From positions 177,511-241,510 of the forward strand of contig CAZOAL010000006.1 in NCBI GenBank assembly GCA_964577695.1: DNA of 64,000 nt, given 5' to 3'. Under the pieces are notes generated by a model, which searched no databases, was not told the DNA's origin, and saw nothing but the letters and a program-made list of their open reading frames with translations. Position numbers and translations under genes: made by a program. Shown one piece after another: positions 61,345 through 64,000 of this stretch (position 1 is the first letter of the stretch; the number at the start of each line of letters is the position of its first letter). The stretch is from an uncultured bacterium. GTDB taxonomy: Bacteria > Poribacteria > WGA-4E > PCPOR2b.

Positions 61345-62574
61345 TTATACGGCTTTTTCCCAGATGACGGTTTGCCCTCGCACTAACAATTGACAGTCTT
61401 TTGGTTTTGCGGCATTGGGTTCACCTTTGACTCGTGCAAAGGCTAAGTACCCGTTACTATAAATGGAGTTGATTTGCTTAACCCATTTTCCTTTAACACC
61501 GACTATATCGCCTTTGCGAAAACCATCTAATTCCACATTGACCTGATACCTCACACGTCCCACCCCTTTACGTGGCAAGTCGTGGTAAATCCGCCGTGTT
61601 TGTCGAGGTCTGAACGTGACGATATAAAAGTTTTCACGATTTTCTGGGATAACATCACCCATTTCTAAGGTTGCAACACACAAGGCATCAATCGAGTGGC
61701 TTTTGGCTAAATCGAGTGATTTGCGATAAAAGGAGGTCTGATAACCAAACACTTTTGATAGTTTAGCCATTTGACCTAATGTTTCATAGAGGTATGCTTT
61801 TCCTTGCATGGTTCGTTGGGCGATTCGATCCTCAAACCCGCTGACACCGCTGACATCAAGTTGAAGTTTCCCAAGATGTGTCTTATTGTGACAAGGTTTG
61901 CAAAGCGTTATCAAGTTGGTAATCGTATCTTTACCCCCCTGTGAGCGTGGGACAATGTGGTGTGCTTCAAGAGGAGGGTTCTTTTCCCCGCACGGTGTAC
62001 ATTGGTAGCCATCACGCATCAAGGTTGCAATTCGGAGGTTTTCATCAAGGCGGTTCGATTGTTGATAGGCTTGCCCAATCAAGGTCGGGTTATTCAGACG
62101 GGCAATATCAACCTGCACATCTTCAATGACAATGGAGGTCATTGGCAATGGAATTTGACGCACAACACGAATCACCTCATCGGCATTGGCTTTTATTGAG
62201 GGTGGCAGACGCCCACTGCGCTTTGACGAGGCACGGTTTGAAAAACGTCTCGGGCGATACCATGTTCGGTTACGTCTGTTTCGCCTGTTAGCTCGTCGGG
62301 CGTCCATTTTGTCTTTGATGTCCGTTCGATGATTGATTTCACCTGACATCAAAATTCGTCCGTTTGCCACACAACTCAATCCTGTGATGTGACTCCCTTT
62401 GTCAATACCAACGGTTACCTGTTGGACATTTTCTTCACAATCCCAAAGCAGTTGAATCGTAAACGGACACCGATTCACGACTTTGGCTTTCTGATCTCGC
62501 AACAACTTTCTTGCCTTGGCGGGTTTACATGGCATTAATGGCGTGCCATTTTTATTTCTAACATAAACATTCAT
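61345..62574 (-). mobile_element. iscB: iscB: IS200/IS605-family OMEGA RNA-guided nuclease (no tnpA nearby; non-autonomous element)
   Basis: PLMP motif (TPLMPCKPAKARKLL), RuvC-I GIDKGSHITG, arginine-rich bridge RRANRRNRRNRTWYRPRRF, RuvC-II IVIEDV, HNH (CTPCG...HHIVPRSQGG...CKPCHNKTH), 409 aa. Confidence 0.8.
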
Positions 62575-62870
62575 ATTGTCACTAAGACCTCCTGAATGCG
62601 AGAGTGAAAGACTCCTCGGGGTTGTTAAATCGGCTTTTTACGCCTGACACACCTTCACGTTTCCGCTACCCTTAATGCCAGGCCACAGAGCGACCGACTG
62701 GAATCACATCTGCCGGTGTGATGACCTATCTAACTGCTGCAACGAATCGATGATCCGTTGCCCACTGTTAGTTCCATGTCTACGAATATTTTTCCATAAA
62801 CATTAGGAATATTTTTCAGTAGATTTAGGAACTATCTGTTCCTCAGATTCAAAGGCCTGCGGCGGGATGA
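62575..62870 (-). ncRNA. predicted omega-RNA region upstream of iscB (guide expected at its 5' end, next to the IS left end)
   Basis: Position only: non-coding and GC-balanced, immediately 5' of iscB where omega-RNAs are encoded. Confidence 0.3.
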
Positions 62871-62924
62871 GGTACGGTTCAGGCACCTGCTCCGGGTAGC
62901 CCCCGATGGTCATGTACGCAATGT

Positions 62925-63590
62925 TCAGAGCCATCTCGATCGAAGATCAGGATAACGCCGAATCCCCCCTACCCCCCTTTCCAAAGGGGGGTAGGGGGGA
63001 TTTTCCGACGGATTCTGCAATACCTGAGTAAAACAAGCAATCGCTTGTCGAGCGGCATCCTGCTGGGTGTGGAGACCGCCGCCGCGCAGGGGCAGGATGC
63101 AGCTTTCGGGCATAAGGCGCAGGCAACAGTTTTGTGTTTCACCCAGCCGTAGGTACGCCACACCGAGGCGAAAGAGGGTTTGATTCACCACCGCCGGTAC
63201 TGGACTCCCCCCCTCAATCCCCCCCAAAGTTGTGGGGGAAGGGGGAGGTAGCAACTGGCGCGCCCGTGTAAAGAGATTGATTGCCTCCGCTTCATTCCCC
63301 AGATGAAGTTCCGCCTCCCCCGCTGCCATATACAGTTGCCATCGCTCTGAGGCTGGCGTGTCAGCGGGAGTCGCCGCGAGCCGTTCCCGTAACCGACGCG
63401 CCACGCTATCCCCGATGTAAATGTGTTCTTCTGGAGTTTGGTCAGCAATCTGTTTCAGCACATCCAACATCTTCTGGTGGCCCGGTGAAACTTCACGCGC
63501 GGCTGTCTCGGCAGGTATGGAGGCGACAAAACCCACCGTCCAGAGGGTCAAAAGCACGCCTGCAATGATTGGACGGCATGAGCAAACCAT
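62925..63590 (-). CDS. TPR-like secreted protein; the C-terminal region carries two in-frame G/C mini-palindromes
   Basis: Signal-peptide-like N-terminus; helical repeats; palindromes at 62957-63003 and 63205-63250. Confidence 0.35.
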   Translation of the reverse strand: MVCSCRPIIAGVLLTLWTVGFVASIPAETAAREVSPGHQKMLDVLKQIADQTPEEHIYIGDSVARRLRERLAATPADTPASERWQLYMAAGEAELHLGNEAEAINLFTRARQLLPPPSPTTLGGIEGGSPVPAVVNQTLFRLGVAYLRLGETQNCCLRLMPESCILPLRGGGLHTQQDAARQAIACFTQVLQNPSENPPYPPLERGVGGIRRYPDLRSRWL

Positions 63591-63689
63591 GGATGTCCCC
63601 TTCTCTTGATGATTTCGTGATTCACGAGGAAAGTTAGGTACCTACCTAACCCAAGTTGTCAGTTATTTCAATTTCGTTTCGCCATTCTG

Positions 63690-63770
63690 GAAGGAGAGGA
63701 AGAAAAGGAAGGAAAGGAAGGAGAACCGGCTTGAAGTCGCTTTCTTCCTTTCCTTCCATCCCTCCTTTCT
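63690..63770. repeat. GGAAGG-unit hairpin repeat
   Basis: ggaaggagaggaagaaaaggaaggaaaggaagg ... cttcctttccttccatccctcc. Confidence 0.55.
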
Positions 63771-63805
63771 GTCCGTCATGGGAGAAGGCGTTCCAGCACC
63801 ACAGG

Positions 63806-64000
63806 TTAGTAGATACCTGACAGTTTGGCTTCCTTGGCTTTTCTTTCATCCACAAATGAGAGCAAAATTAAACCCACGATAAAGAAAATCACCAATGAAA
63901 TGATAGCAGGTCGCGCGGTTCCGGCTATCTGTCGTATCGCCGCAAAAACCAACGGTCCCCAAATCGCGGAGAACTTGCTAAATACGGAATAAAATCCATA
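63806..64000 (-). CDS. 3' end of a transporter gene (MFS-like C-terminal TM helices); gene runs off the right edge
   Basis: Frame ...FYSVFSKFSAIWGPLVFAAIRQIAGTARPAIISLVIFFIVGLILLSFVDE...*. Confidence 0.4.
   Translation of the reverse strand, partial: YGFYSVFSKFSAIWGPLVFAAIRQIAGTARPAIISLVIFFIVGLILLSFVDERKAKEAKLSGIY

Noticed and set aside
63646-63855. 69-aa ORF over the GGAAGG hairpin repeat
   Set aside because: Its sequence is almost entirely the translation of the repeat (GKEESDFKPVLLPFLPFLPLLPEW).

Overview
This 64-kb window looks like part of a ~55% GC genome from an uncultivated bacterium with a PVC/Poribacteria-like gene repertoire. The lineage guess is inference only, based on PSCyt/DUF1549/DUF1553, formylglycine-generating-enzyme (FGE) family proteins, WD40 and TPR proteins, a PmoA-family protein and T9SS-type C-terminal tails. 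All calls rest on motif recognition by eye; no database search was run. Housekeeping genes are present: a ThiO-like FAD oxidoreductase, a crotonase, an acyl-CoA ligase, a zinc alcohol dehydrogenase, an ABC ATPase, a mandelate-racemase-family enzyme, a Gfo/Idh/MocA oxidoreductase, proA, proB and obg. The window is accessory-rich.

- Defense candidates:
  - An AT-rich three-gene island (7.9-12.4 kb) encodes a Dam-like N6-adenine MTase, a HerA-like ATPase and a NurA-like nuclease. It sits between a crotonase and an acyl-CoA ligase gene and is a candidate undescribed restriction-modification-like defense system.
  - A second AT-rich defense/TA island (28.8-34.9 kb) holds an MmeI-like Type IIL R-M enzyme, a beta-class DPPY MTase with a truncated upstream restriction-endonuclease remnant, a minimal nucleotidyltransferase toxin, an integron-integrase-like N-terminal fragment, and DUF4258/zinc-finger and DUF433/DUF5615 pairs.
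  - Elsewhere there is an AAA ATPase + DUF4276 pair (OLD/AbiL-like) and several TA pairs (AbrB-PIN, DUF433-DUF5615, MazEF, DUF5678 copies).
- Mobile DNA: an IscB (OMEGA RNA-guided nuclease; PLMP, RuvC and HNH motifs) IS200/605-type element truncates a CRTAC1-like gene.
- Small repeats, in at least five families:
  - A: 120-160-bp MITE-like, CATGTTTCAGAAA...TTTGAAACATG ends, four copies.
  - B: TIR ggtcat.at/attatgacc with a gtagcccaagattctatcttggcc core, three copies.
  - C: gacttccgaagtttga ends, two copies plus a solo palindrome.
  - D: a perfect 15-bp-stem hairpin gaaaccgagtttttt/aaaaaactcggtttc, three copies.
  - Hairpins whose arms are tandem heptamers (CGTAAAA, CGTGAAA, CGCATTA) or GGAAGG units.
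  - Some repeats, including poly-C-CCGCGGG-poly-G mini-palindromes, lie in frame inside exported-protein genes and encode Pro/Gly-rich linkers, notably in a 2030-aa modular surface protein.
- Gene decay: two conserved genes carry single in-frame TAG codons, one FGE gene lacks a start codon, and other genes are truncated by repeats.
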